Assembly (NCBI RefSeq): GCF_009914755.1
Contig: NC_060926.1
Length of the DNA stretch: 64,000 bases
Reading direction: 5' to 3' (one strand)
Origin: the human T2T-CHM13v2.0 reference genome, Homo sapiens
Positions 42,001 through 56,394 of the stretch are shown piece by piece (the stretch's first letter is position 1; every line of letters starts with the position of its first letter). A program made the position numbers and the translations under genes. The notes beneath the pieces were generated by a model. It searched no databases. It saw nothing but the letters and a program-made list of their open reading frames with translations, and was not told the origin of the DNA.

Positions 42001-42790
42001 CCCAAGGAGATTATCAGCAATATAAAGTATCCTTTGCTATGCCTCCAGAAATATATTTTTGCTCTTTTTCACATGAAAGTCATTGCAGTGGGAAAAGATC
42101 CCCTGTCATATATGAAATCTTTGGGATGGGGATAGAGAAATGGAAAGGAAGAAGAAAATATCCTAGAGAAAGAGTGGCCTTCAGAAAACAGAGAAGGACG
42201 CATGTCTCCATGGAACGTGTGGTTCAAAATAATGTTATATCTCTAAACCCACTGCACTGAGAGGCATAGAGTTTCTCGCAAGTTCTTGTGTCCCTGGGTT
42301 GGTGTTTTGGTTTCCATGTAATTGTACAGGTGAGACTGTTACCATTGTACGAGTAATCGAACTGATCATATCAGAAAATGAGAGCTAGCTGGTAACAACT
42401 GAATCAGAGTGAGAGCTTGTTGGGATCTTCCTGAAGTTGTGTTCGGTTTTGTTTTACTATTCAATGCTTTTCTTTCCCCGGTGGCAGTGTACAAAAAATA
42501 ATGATAATAAAGATTGAAAACACATAACTCAAAGCCTTTCAAAATTCCTGATAAGGTACTTTCTGCTTTTAATGTGAAAACAACTGGCATTTTGTGAGAT
42601 ACAGCAATAAATAGCTCCATTTAAACATTTAACATTTAAAAGCTTGGCAGGTTTCCCCATCTAGCTGAGTGAGATGAATACATCAGTTCCTGGGTCAGAT
42701 GACTAATTATGGAGGTGTAGCTAAAAAATGGCAGGTCTTTGTAGCCCAATGTGATGTATTTCAGCACAGTGCTTATAAGAAGCTGAAGCT

Positions 42791-43096
42791 AGCTGGGCGC
42801 GGTGGCTCATGCCTGTAATCCCAGCACTTTGGGAGGCCGAGGCAGGTGGATCACCTGAGGTCAGGAGCTTGAGACCAGCCTGGCCAACATGGTGAAACCC
42901 CATCTCTACTAAAAATACAAAAATTAGCCAGGAGTGGTGGCAGGCACCTGTAATCCCAGCTACTCGGGAGGCTGAGGCAGGAGAATCCCTTGAACCTGAG
43001 AGGCAGAGCTTGCAGTGAGCTGAGATGGCACGCCATTACACTCCAGCCTGGGCAATAAGAGAGAAACTCCGTCTCAAAAAAAAAAAAAAAAAAAAA
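42791..43096 (+). mobile_element. AluS (Sx-like), full length
   Basis: Full dimer with ggatcacctgaggtcagg and poly-A tail; TSD about AAGCTGAAGC. Confidence 0.95.
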
Positions 43097-44461
43097 GCTG
43101 AAGCCTACAGTGAGGCCAAGAGACAAGAGTTGTAGAACATTCCAGTGCAAGTCCAGGAAAATATATTCATTGAAATGGAATTCGTTCCCTTTTATGGAGA
43201 GCATTGCTAATCCAAAATCAGAGTATTACATGAAAGCAGGAAGTTAAATTTTGACAAAAGGCAAGGGGCCATGTATGCTTACTAGCTAAAAAGTGAATCC
43301 ATCTGTTTCTCTGGGTTTCAAGGCTTCAGTTTTGTTGCGGAAATAGCTGGAGAAATAAGTCTAATATTCCCCAGGGATTTATTTGTCTTCAGGCTTTGAT
43401 AGCACAGAATACTATTCAGTCATTCACTTACTGTTACTAAACGTTTACACTGAGCTAAATATGGGATTTTTAAGGCACGATACAAAATGGAATTCTACCA
43501 TCAAGGCACTCAAAATTAGTGTATGTACAGCATGTGCGTGTATGTGCACACACACAGCATCAGCACCCCAAAAGTTATCAAAAGTCTTTTCTCTGTCAGT
43601 GATAATACAGTGATACAGAAAACCAACTTTACCTTTTTCAGAAGTTGGGGAGAACCTAGGTTCCTAATAGCCAAAGACTGTATTTTTGAAGACTATGAGA
43701 AAATGTATGGAAATTGGAAATGTGACGATGCATGAAAGGATAGACAATGTGTAGATAAAGAGGAAGAGAAAGTTGAATCCCTGAGGAAAGGGTAAACCTC
43801 ATTGGCAGGGGAAGTGACAAAAAGACAATTTCCATTGCAACAAAATATTTGGCCCTTATCAAACCAAAAATAACTTGCATTTCCAGGAAAGCCCACAGTT
43901 CATTTCTTCTATAATAGCACTGTAACCTAAGCTTGACCTTTGCCCTTGAGGGAATGATACTCTTTCTCTCTTTCAGACTTAAGAGAAAAAGAGAGAGAAA
44001 GGGCCATATCATGGAGAGTTCAAGTATTACCCAGTGAGTGTTTATGGTGAGTGATGCCAGGAAAGGGTCAATAAAATTGACAATATCAGTTCCCTAAAAG
44101 AGATTAATGCCTACTCCTAATTGAAGGGGATAAAGTTCCTGAGATATTAGCAACTCTCTATAGAAAGCTTGAAGTGTTGCGCCACAAATATTTCCAGGCT
44201 GTTTTGTGAATGTTCGAGTGTTGGGTGGGTCCGTATGGGAACCCTTGTGACTCCTGGGCACAGGAAGTTGGCATCACTCAAGTTGTGTTTTCATTCCCAG
44301 CTATCTACCAGGAAAGGATGGAGAAAAGTTAGAATAAATGGCAATTGAATTCATTTTTAGAAGACCTTAAAAATTAATAAGGGACTTAGGAGTGATTTTA
44401 GTGTTTTCTTATCTTAACTAAAGTATGATATAAATTTTCCTTACCAGAGTAGCTTGTTTAA

Positions 44462-44813
<352 letters not shown>

Positions 44814-45100
44814 ATGACACTCATCTTTCTTTCTCTTGTTATGCTCATTGAATCAATCTATTTTATAGATGATTTGTGTGTATATATGTATTAAAGATAG
44901 TTAATAATAATAATGCCACTAATAAGAATGAATTAGCAATTTTTTCTGGGTATATATCTTTTAATATTAGTTTATTTTTTATCAAAGCGTTACGTGTTTT
45001 ATTGTATAAGTAAAATAATAGAGGGACTGATGGTGGAAAGCAGTAGGTTCTCAACCACCTCCTCCTCCACTTCATATCCTACTTCCTTAACACAACCACT

Positions 45101-45240
45101 TTTTTTTTGAAATAATTATAGATCCACAGCAACTTGCAAAAGTTGTACAGAGAAATCTATACACCCTTCACTCGGCTTCCCCCAGCTGTAACATCTTACA
45201 TAACCATAGTACATTACCAAAGCCAGAAAATGTATTTATA
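45101..45240 (-). mobile_element. Short L1MC/MD-type 3' tip
   Basis: ttttgaaataattatagat...ttgcaaaagttgtacagaga...aacatcttacataaccatagtaca; flanked by ta(a/g)cacaaccactttt. Confidence 0.75.
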
Positions 45241-45714
45241 TAGCACAACCACTTTTTAACAGTTGCTGAATTTTTTTTCTGTCTCTCTCTGAATTTTGAT
45301 TGGGAAAACAGACACATAGTTCACCAATATAAAAAGGTGAACAGTTGGAAGCCTTATGCCACCCCGGCTCTCATTCACCCACTTCCGTCCTCCTTCCCTG
45401 TCCCCAACAACCACTTTACTCCTTCCTCATCTACCTCCCCTGTATCTTTATGTGGATACAAGCAAATTCAAGTATATATCACTGGCCCTTCTCCCTTTCT
45501 GGTGTTTACCTCCTAACTCTAAAGGATGTATTTTTCACAGAAGAGCCATGTAGCTCTGCATTTATCAATTTAAAATTGTCATTCTGTGATTTGCTCCCAT
45601 GAAAGTAATCAACCTCAGCTCATTTCCACTACTTCCTCTCCCAACTCCTCCCAGAATGTTGGCATTCTCTTGGTTGGTTACAGTAGTACTTTTGATCAAG
45701 TTTCTTAGAACCTT

Positions 45715-46089
45715 TGTCAAAGTCAGTTTGGGCTGCTATAACAAAAATAGCATAGACTGGTTGGCTGAAACAACAAACAGGTTTATTTCTGACAGTTTTG
45801 GAGGCTGAAAGTCCGTGATCAGGGTGACCTCATGGTTGAATTCCAGGAAAAGCCCTCTTGCTGGTTTGCAGATGGCCACCTTCTTGTATCTTCACATGGT
45901 GGAGAACACAGAGAGGAAACCAGCTACTTGGTGTCTCTTTTTGTAAGGGACACTGATGCCATTCATGAGAGCTCCAACCTCATGATCTAATTATCTCCTA
46001 AAGGCTCCACCATCCGATGTTTTCACTTTGGGGGTTAGGTTTCAACATATAGATTTTGGGAGGGACACAAACATTTTGTTCATAATGAC
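45715..46089 (-). mobile_element. MaLR LTR (MLT1A-like)
   Basis: tttgggctgctataacaaaa...tttatttctgacagttttggaggctg...gggacacaaacatt. Confidence 0.87.
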
Positions 46090-46479
46090 TTTGTCTCTTA
46101 TTTCATTTGTGTTTAGATCAACTCTCTGAACACCTGCTTTGTTGGAGGAGGACATCCAGTGTCCATCCTCTCTCCTCTTTCTAGTTCTCATCCTGTACTC
46201 TCTGTGACCAGAATGATGTGTTGGAACATTTTATCCCAAAACAAAATTTATTCGTCTCTGTTTTGCCTATGCATTGTTTCTAAAATGTTAACACTATGAA
46301 ATTGCTTTCAGATTTATAATTATGTAAGTTGATGAGGTCTGATGTCACTCAGATTCCTCTCCCTTCTTAGATGAACCATTTTTCTTCCTTTTTGCCCTAA
46401 CAGTTATTAGTTTCTGTTCTGCCTGCCCTCCCTCTCTCCCTCCTTCCTTCTTTTTCTCTCACTCTCTCTCTCTCTGTTT

Positions 46480-46751
46480 CTTTTTTAGAGACAGAGTCTT
46501 GCTTTATTGTCCAGGCTCTGGAGTGCAGGGGTATGATCATAGCTTACTGCAGCCTTGAACTCCTGGGTTTCAGTGATCCTCTGGCCTCAGCAACCCATGT
46601 AGCTAGGACTACAGGCATGTACCCCCATGCCCAGCTAATATTTTTTATATTTTTTAATAGACACAGGGTCTGGCTGTGTTGCCCAGGCTAGTGTTTAACT
46701 TCTGGCCTCAGGCAATACTCCTGCCTCGGCCTCCCAAAGCGTTGGGATTAC
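46480..46751 (-). mobile_element. AluJ preceded by a CT-rich tract
   Basis: agagacagagtcttgc...atcatagcttactgcagccttgaactcctggg...cctcccaaagcgttgggatta. Confidence 0.9.
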
Positions 46752-47591
46752 TAGTTTCTCCTCTTAACATTTTCTTTGTGTTTGAAATTTGGACAGTCCC
46801 TGTATTTGCATGTTGGTCATTTTGTATACACTTCCTGGGTTTTTCACTCTGAATTATCATCTCTTTTTCAATTCTGTAATAGTTAAGTCCATTATTTCCT
46901 CATCAATTTTCTCTTTTCCATTTTTCTCTATTCTCTCTTACTGGAAGTCTATTAACTGTCTGTTTAAACTTGCTAGACTGGTGTTTTTTCAATCATAATT
47001 TTTTCAGGTGCTTTGTCTCCATGAAGCTTTGGGTCCATTACTTATTTCAACATCTCAGCTTATCATATGAAAATGAAGATTATAATGCTCATCATTGCTG
47101 TTAAGAGTAACTGAAAGAATGTAGGCAGAGCACTTAACTCAGCACTGGCTATCCAATACAGAGCTCACACTATTAAACTTTATACACACTGCAATTCTCT
47201 TCTTTATATGAAACTTACGGGAAACAGAATTTAAAAACCAAATGTATAGCGTAAAGTGCTTTCCTGTTTTTCTTCTTGGTGTAACACTGTTGTAGAATAT
47301 AACAAATGTGATTGTTAGCCATCTCTACTCTAAAAACAAGCAAGCAAGCAAACAAACAAAAACTCTCTTGCTATTTGCTGAGACTTTAGTTTTCCAAATA
47401 ATTGTGACTCCATTAACTATTTATATTACTTTCTTCCCAAGTCTGGGCACTAAATTAATTATCAGCAAAGTAATAAAATCAATATCTTCTTCCTTGTTAA
47501 TGCTGGTTAGTATATTTGTTATTAACAGGCTGTCATATGTTGCTTCTTCCAACTTTTCAGTCTACGTGTTCTATAGAAATACCTGTTAATT

Positions 47592-47952
<361 letters not shown>

Positions 47953-48182
47953 CTAGTATTTTTAAGTGTCCATCAAAGATTTTTGTTTTCCAATATATGT
48001 TTATATTTCTTTTATAATCCTTTCTTTTGTAGAATATTGCTAAATTGATGTATCACCCTGAATAAAACATTTAAAATAATATTTCAGTTTTTTCCTTCTG
48101 AAAAAGATAAAATTAGTTGATGCTGATGGTGAGACACTTTCTTGGCACTCATCTTTCATTGGTTTCAGAGGTTATTTTTTTA

Positions 48183-48360
48183 CTGGTGTAGTGAAAAGTT
48201 ATTTTGGTCTTTGGATCAAGAGAGCTGAGGTCTGCTTCAGGCTCTGCCTCCAGCTTTGAGCGCTTGGGCAAGTAGCTTCACCTCCAGGAGTCTCTCTTCC
48301 CTCACCTATTAAGGGAACATGAGGCCCTTAATATTTTCGGTTCTAAAATCCTATAGTTCT
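48183..48360 (+). mobile_element. MIR/MIR3 remnant just upstream of the third exon
   Basis: cttgggcaagtagcttcacctc...ggttctaaaatcctatagttct. Confidence 0.6.
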
Positions 48361-48417
48361 GCGTTCAACGGCTTAGTCTCTCAAAAAGGCATTGACATGG
48401 TCTTTTCACATTGACAG

Positions 48418-48533
48418 ATGTCCAGATTCTACTCGACCTGAAACTGTGCGCCCCTGTTTTCTCCCATGCAAAAAAGACTGTATTGTGACTGCTTTCAGTG
48501 AGTGGACACCCTGCCCAAGGATGTGCCAAGCAG
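48418..48533 (+). CDS. THSD7B: THSD7B internal coding exon (116 nt, phase 2-1): RCPDSTRPETVRPCFLPCKKDCIVTAFSEWTPCPRMCQAG
   Basis: Absent from the ORF track; read directly. Acceptor ttgacag ends 48417, donor CAG/gtaggt at 48534. AG from the previous exon plus A gives AGA (Arg), continuing the Cys/Trp TSP1 pattern. Confidence 0.95.
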
Positions 48534-50859
48534 GTAGGTGGATGCTGCGTTCTTAGTTCTTTCTTCCCTAACCTGATTGTTTCTCCACATCTAAGTAAGT
48601 GAGAGGTTGTGGAATGCGAGCACCTTTTTTTTTTTTCATTTGCCTATCACCCTGGAAACAAGTTTGGTAAAGTTTGTAAATGAAGTCTTGTATTTCCAAA
48701 TCTATCAGAGCTTGGAAGAGAAAACATATTTTCTTATCTTATGTCATAGTTCCACCTGCATGCATTGCAGGAGTATTCATCTTCTACTGACCCCGTTGTG
48801 GCATTTTGAACAGTCATTCCCATGTGATTCCTTATAAAGCATCATCACAATCACAGTTTCTATGTGGCTCTTGTGTGTCTGGACCCCAGTTCCAGGTATC
48901 CTCATTAGAATATAGGGCTCGAATACAATGCTCACATCACTGATTAATATAAGTACATGGATTACAAGAGCAGATACATTACAAAGTGTTGAACAAGTAC
49001 AGAAATTGGCAATATATGATTTGTATTTCTTTATTCTTAATGGTGATACTTTATACATCTGGGTATATTTGAAGGTATTTAATCCAGGATACTTAACAGC
49101 AAAGTCCTAGATGAACACATAGGAGTATATGCTAAAGTGATCCCCTCTCTTAGAACAGATCTTTCCCCCAAAGTGTATTGCAGCTCCCTGATGGGCTAGT
49201 TCATGTGAAGATATAATTAATCCTCATCCCAAAACTCCATTTTGGCCTAAGATCTAGAGTTAATAACTTAGTCCCTCTCTCCTAGTCTCATACACTAGCC
49301 TTGGCCCTTTGGATCTTACCATTGCATGGTTACAAAAGGCAAATCCAAGAAAAGGAAAGACAGAAAGAATATTACCTCTAATGCCCAGAGTTCAGTGAGT
49401 CTCATCCACTGGTCCCTGGGCTTCTCTTGGCAGCCATGTCCTCTCAAGCAGAGCATGGCTCTCTTGCTGCACCAGCCTCCTGGAAGAAGAAAGAAGAAAG
49501 TATGCAGTTCTGCAGAGAAAAAAGCCTGTCAGAGGTTTGCTTTCCTTGGATAATTCCAGCTGTGTGCGTCTAAGATCCTTCAAATGCTCTTTGACTCACA
49601 TATCTATAGCATCACTTCGTGAGAGTGACGTGAAAATAAAGCCAATATTGACATAGATCTGATGGTCATTCAAACACCTCTCAGTGATTGAAAACAGAGC
49701 TGTGGCACCTGTTGAAAATTATCATCTTTGTATTGCAATGGTGGAGTACCAGCACAAAGTTTTATAACTATGGCATTTCATCTTCCTGATGATCATTTGT
49801 CACAGAATTAATATAGTAGCATACAATGAGATTTGCTTATGGATAGAATCAGAAATAAATACATTGAATAAGAAAGAGCTTTGAAAATACAGTGCTTTAT
49901 TTATCTGATCTTTTGAGGGATGGAAACGACAATCTCTTCTAGAAACTCTCCAAAACTTGTTTTTTTCTGAATGAAGATCCAAAGTAAATGAACTGGATGA
50001 ACAGGGTTTGTTAAATAGCCAGTGTAATGTCGTTTCAAAGCAGGCAAGGATAGAAAAGCTTCTGTCTCTACTCTGAGCCATTTGAAAGGCAGCATCTAGG
50101 AGGCTGACTTTGGGAATTTTAATCATAATGTACCTAAAAACATTTCAAGCTCTTAAAGATAAATATTGATAAGATGCAAGGGAATAATATAATCTATGAT
50201 GATGGAGTTTTGTTGATATTTAACTATTTATTTTAGCTTCTTATTCATGAGAGTTTAGTACAATTCCTGTTAAATTGTTATAAGAAGAGACTGGATTTAA
50301 GAGAATACCCCACCAGCAGCCAGAAATTGGTGTTGGAGTTATTGAAGTCTCTTGATACATAGGGAAGCAGATTAACTTTGTTGAGCCAGTGTGCCCTGGT
50401 GACCAGAGATTACTTTAGCCACTGCTAGTCCACCTATTCTACATTCAAGAAAATTCTCTCTGCTACTGGAGAGTCTTTTCCTAGCATTGGGTAAAGGAAA
50501 CGGAATCACAGGGCATGTAAAGTAATTGTTCCTCAAGCAACTTTAAATTTTACTCCAATTTCCAGAAATTCAATTAGTTGTTTAAATCATTGGCATTGTA
50601 ATGAAAATAGTTCTAAGTCTCTGTGGTCTCTCTTTGCCACCAATTCTTCAAGCCCAGATAATTCTTTTCACAGCTTGGCAGTCAGGGACCTACAGAGGCA
50701 AAGATTCAATTTTCAGATTTCTTCCAGCTTTCCATTTCAATCCTATTTACCCTAATTTTTAGTTTATAGCTTGGGACTAAGATATTATTAAGTAACTATG
50801 GGTTAATTACAGGACACTATAAGAGGGGGAAAAATTTGGAGGAAATTGTATCTATAAGC

Positions 50860-51080
50860 CTATGGTTCTCAAACTTTATTGCATTTGAATCACCTGGAAG
50901 AATTATTAATATGCAGATTTCTGGATCCATGACTAGAAATTCTGATTCAATAACTATGGGGGGGTGGTGTCCCAGAAATTTTCAGTTGTAAGAAGCTAGG
51001 GCCCCCTGAATGGTGACCCTCCTCCTCCTCGTCTCCCTCATTCTGATGGAGCCCATAGATCCATGAGCAAAACTTGCTTT
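50860..51080. mobile_element. MER5A-type MITE
   Basis: tggttctcaaacttt...gaatcacctggaagaatt...aaattctgattca. Confidence 0.75.
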
Positions 51081-51811
51081 AACGCTAGATATGTGGCCCT
51101 TCTTTCAGCTTCTTGAATGTATCTTGTTTTTTTTCCCAGTTTAAGAGACTGTAGATTGGGGCATAAGAGCATGGATGCTGGAGCCAGATAACTGTGGTTG
51201 TATTTTCATGTTTGCTATGTAGCAGATATATTACTTAATGTCTCTTTGCCTCAGTTTTCTAATTTGTAAAATGGAGGTTAATAATAACACCTGCCTATAA
51301 AGAAAGCACTTAGACCACCTCCTGACACTGAGTAGGCACTGGGCAAGTGTTTGTATAGTTGTATAGTTTGCACCTGCTGTGCATGAGGTTGGCACTCCAT
51401 TCTCTTCAGCTGCCCCTCCTTCCCGGGTCCTCAGCCTGTGTATCTACAGAGACCTGCCTTTCCCCTGGAATGCTGCTCTCATCTACCAGACTACTGTAGA
51501 CTCCCCCATCCTCCTCCATTAAGTAGATTATCCCACAGCATCCTATTCATCCCCTTAAATTATCTTTTCTTGTTAGACTTGCCCCTGCTAGATTTTAAGT
51601 CCATGAATATAAGGACCACTTCCACCATCTTCACAACTGGATACTCTAAACCCAGCCTAGTATGGGGCATATAGTTGCTACTCAGTGCATATATTTTGAA
51701 TGTACAGGTGTTGTGTAAAGAGATAGAGGAGTGCGGATTAAAATCTAGGCAGTGGATTTTGTGTCCTTGAGAGTGTCCTTCAACAGACTTTTTGGGAAAT
51801 GGTGTCCTAAA

Positions 51812-51990
51812 ACAGTACTTCTCAAACTTGAATGTGCATACAAGTCCCCTGGGGATCTTATTAATTGCAGATTCTAATTCAATAGACCGAAATGGGGCCT
51901 GGAATTGTATGTTTCTATAAGTTCCCAGGTGATACATATATGTTGGGTATAAAGCTCTATGCGGGGTTGGGTTCATTAGAAATTTCTGGG
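51812..51990. mobile_element. MER5A/B-type MITE
   Basis: cagtacttctcaaacttgaatgtgcatac...gcagattctaattca...ttcccaggtgat. Confidence 0.8.
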
Positions 51991-54274
51991 TGAGGCAATG
52001 TCTGATCAAAGTTTTAAAGTGAGAAGCATGGACCAGGGACAGACTAGCAGGTGGGGACAGGGTGGGAGGTGAAGGGGAGTGGTTAAAAGTGGTTTAACTT
52101 AAACTGAGAGGTCAGGAAGAGATCCAGGAGGAGGATGGACCAGAGCAAGTGGAAACCTCGACTAATGAAGACAGAAGAACTCCTTTTTTTGTTTTGTGGC
52201 TATGGCTTCAGGTTGGGTCATCAAAGTTGAGAAGCGGTTATGTCTGTGGTCTTCAAAGTTGACTGCACAATGGAATCACCTGAAAATCTCTGATGCCTGG
52301 ATCCTACTCTAATACATTCTGATTTAATAGGTTTGTGATAACAACCAGGGAATCACTGGATTATGAAAATCTCAAACCACGTTCATTCTAAACCTCTCAG
52401 AAAGCCAAGGTTGTTTATGGGACCAAGTGCACCAGCAGTGATTTGTGACATAGCAATGGATGAATTCCGTCAGGTTTTATTTTGTCCCGGCTTGATTCAA
52501 GAGCTAAAACCTTAAAACATAAAGGTATTTTCAAGCCATGGACAATCTCAAGCCATGCTTATGATCTTCTTATTCCTCCTTCTCTGAGTCTCTCCTTAAA
52601 GGATCAATGATAGTCTCATATTTTTCTAAGCAAACCAAAGGTCTATCAAGCTTTGGCCTGTTGTGGCCTAATTCTTCAGTCCCTGTAATAAATTCACCAA
52701 ATTATCACGAACCATTTCCTTTGTACTTTTTTTTTTTTGCTGTTTTCTTCTATTCTTTTTTCAGCCTACAAAACAAATGCCTGCCTAAAGTATCCAATGT
52801 GGTCTAGTTAATAATAGCAACAGCTAGCTTATTGCAACATTTCTCAGCCTTTAGTTTTTTCAATGGACTGATGTCTGAGCCTCATCCCAGCCCGCCCAGT
52901 CAGAATATCTTTAGGTTGGAAGGATATCTGCGATAAATTCTCCATAGGTGACTTATAAGCAGTGAAGGATGAGAAACACTCATTTAATGCCTAATATTTT
53001 ACAATATGTCTTCACATACATTTCAGCCTGTTATAGGAGACCATTGATAATTGTTTGCCGAGGTAGTGTTGGAATTAATTATGTTGGCCACTGCTGCCAT
53101 CATTGTCATTCCTCATGTTTTTACTTTAAGATCACAAATCAGTATTATCCTTTGTATGATTTATATCAGAGAACCTTTAAAGAGCCTTGCTGCATATTTT
53201 CAACATTTAATTATATGAAGTTTCAAACATATGCATAAATGAATGCAATGTGAATACAAAGTATTAATGGTTAATACAATGTATTCATGTCATGATGGCT
53301 GCACAAAGCAATTATCACCTCATGGACATTCTTATTTTGTCTATACATTAATCCCCACTTCCACACCCAAAAGGACTAGTTGAGATAATTGCCAGATATG
53401 TTTACCAGTTTATGGAAAGGGAGAATATGAAAGAGGTAAAGTTACTAGACTGAAGATAAATTATGGTATATTAAAAATAGAATATTCAACAGAATATTTC
53501 TAGAAACCATGGAGCTAATGATTAATTATTTGTCAGTCTCAAATAATTGGAGGCTGAAGGAACTCCTTTAACTTTCATCTCTAAGGAGTGAGCTAGAGAG
53601 CAGTGTCATGGTAACAGGAAGGCCAACAGCAGAGACTGCTGCTGGGAATTGGTAGGAAACCTCATTTGGTGGAATTCATTTCCTCCTGTGTCAACCCTCC
53701 TGGAGTTACCTCTTGAGTTTTCAGTATCAAAAACAGACAGTGATTTTTTTTTAAACACCTAGGCATGTAGCATGGATTCTTGAGTTAGATTTCCTTGATT
53801 CAAATCTCATCTCTGCCATACAAATTACTTTAAACTTGCTGTGTTTCAATTTCTTCCTTTCCAAAATAAGGTAATATTACCAGCTACTTCAAAGAGCTGT
53901 TATAAGGAGGACAGATGGAACAGTGCCAGGTATATAGAAATTTACTATTGTTTATTTTTATTTAATCTCAACCCCATTGAGTTTTTTCAATCCACAGATG
54001 TCTGAGACTCACCCCAGCTCAAACCAATCAGAATCTCTTCAGGTTGAAAGGATATTTTCAGCGTTAAAACTCTCCATAGGTGACTCTTACTAGTGGTGGA
54101 GGATGAGAAATACTCAGTACTTAGCATTTATTTGTTATTATTATTATTAGATGATAATGATGATGATAAAAGTTCCTTAAGGTCAGGGAGCTTGTATTAT
54201 GTTGAGTTCCTGCAATTATTAAGTCCTCTACATGCTGGTATTATGGCACCTGTTTCTATGCCTGTATTGCTCTG

Positions 54275-54392
54275 GACAGACTATAAACTCAGAGGGTAGG
54301 AGTCTTTCATTTCATTAATGAACTTCCAGTGCTTAGTACAGTGTCTGGCACATGGTGGGCATTTAGTAATTGTTGTTGAATGAATGAATAAA
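54275..54392 (+). mobile_element. L2 3' end
   Basis: agactataaactc...ccagtgcttagtacagtgtctggcacatgg...gttgaatgaatgaa. Confidence 0.8.
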
Positions 54393-56199
54393 TAGACACA
54401 TCTCTTCCCCAGTCAGTTCTAATGCTTAAAGATTTTGCTTTCTTTTAAATGAAACTGTGGCATTAACAGATTATTCCACAGATCCAGGTCAATTAGGGAA
54501 CTGGTCAATCTGAATGTCAAAAAGGTAAAAATAACCTATTCTGGATTCCAGAATTTTGCCCACTCAAATACATACAAGCACTAACTTGCCTCTTTACTTT
54601 CCCCTGTCAAGCATATGTGGCCCCCTCCTCTTCACAGAACCATCCACACCTTTGTTCATCCATTTGTTCCCAAATAATAGAGGGTCTGCTGTGTTTGAGT
54701 AATCAAAGCTTTGAGCCTGGAACACTGGCCCAAAAAATAATGTTCAAGGCACTTTAACACCTTGTTCTTCCTTGAGATTGACGTTACCTAAATCTTTTTT
54801 GTTTCTTCTGTAAACTTTAGATAATGTTATCTTTTCCAAAGAGTTTTTTGAGAAATTAAACACAGCAAGATGTATAGCTCACATCGATGTCTCCAGACCC
54901 AGCTCTGATACATGAGTGCAGGTATCTTTGTCTTCACAGGTGCTGCTGGGTGTAACTTGCTTCCTTTAGTCTGTAATTTAAAGTCCATAGATCGCTACAT
55001 GGTCCCAGTGCTCAATAAATATTCCTGATAATTTAGTAGGAGGAACGACAAACACTTGGGCTTGTAGAGATTATAGTTTTCAATAATACTTCTGCCAAAC
55101 TGAGGAGTTCTGCTGATAAAATTCATTAAAAAACACCTTTTCCTATTTCATAGGGGGAAAAAGTTCATGGATAAAATTCTCTCAATTAAATATTATTTTA
55201 TTTTTTCCTATATATTTTTTTAATTATGGGATCTTCTGCCTGTCTTTATTAAAACCCCGCATAAGAAGTTATCAGATTTGGTTTAAAAAAAAAATAACAA
55301 CATTGCATTAGAGTCCGATGACCATACTGAGACAAGGAGGAACACTTACATTAGAATGGGAGTTGCTGCTCAGAGCTCAGAACTCTTAGTCTGGTCTAAA
55401 CTCCTTCAAAGAAATGTTAATCCAAGTAATATCTGGTAGGGAAAGCATTGTCAGTCCAGACTCTTTCCTCTCACTCCATTACTCCGTCTTCTTCCCTCTG
55501 GACTAGAGATTGATGTATATTTAGAAAGACCTGAAATCTACAGTATAGTCTACTGGATTTTCTCTTGCATCCTACAGTGGCCCCAGGAGGTAAGTCTAAT
55601 CATACATGACTAACAGGTGAGAAACACCAAGCTCAGAAAGATGAAGTAACTGCTCCGAGGTTACCCAGTATGTTAGAATCAGAGCATGGTGGAAATCCAG
55701 GCTTCTCTCTGGCTCTAGGGCTTATCTGTTTTTATCCCACGACAACGAGCTACTTGCTACATCCATAGGCACAGATAGTCTTTCTTGTCTATTAGCAAAT
55801 CAAGAATTTGAAGTCCAGTACCTTTATTGCAGGCTTTGCATGTTATAGATCACACATTAATTTGACATGTGCTATCTCATAAATTGTCAGGACAGTTTAA
55901 TGGTAAAGGAAGAGCTGTTTTATTACTCCTGCTTCACAGATGAGGCAACACACTCCTCAAGGGAAGTTGCCATATGGCCTCAAAGGAGCAAAGACCAAGT
56001 TAAAAAACCCAGTGTTTAAACTTGCTACATTGTCTGTCCTGGTGCTCCTGTTCAGCTACAGAAAGGCAAGCTAGACAAGTTTAATTCTTGCCAGTGAAAG
56101 GCTATAACTTCAGCATAGTTTTGCTTTATTTCACTGCCTCTTCCTATTAAATTTATAATAGCTATAATTTATATGCATTACTCTATTTGATTACTTCTA

Positions 56200-56394
56200 T
56201 TTTAAAATTTTATTTTAATTTGACAAATAATAACTGTATATAAATATGGGGTATAATGTGATGTTTTGATACATGTATACATGATGGAATGATTAAATCA
56301 AGCTAATTAATATATCCATCACCTCACCTGCCTAGAGTTAATAATAAAGCATATTTCAAAATTGCCACCAGAGTAGGTTTTAAATGTTCTCACT
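56200..56394 (-). mobile_element. Short L1MA-type insertion with inverted 5' segment
   Basis: Antisense 3' tip to about 56328, then sense gttaataataaagcatatttcaaaattgcc...aaatgttctcac. Confidence 0.75.

Noticed and set aside
45083-45091. U12-type branch motif TTCCTTAAC
   Set aside because: All three donors are U2-type GT; no U12 5' splice site or suitable exon nearby.
51560-52009. 149-aa ORF
   Set aside because: Runs through MER5 and L2 remnants; no protein-like features.
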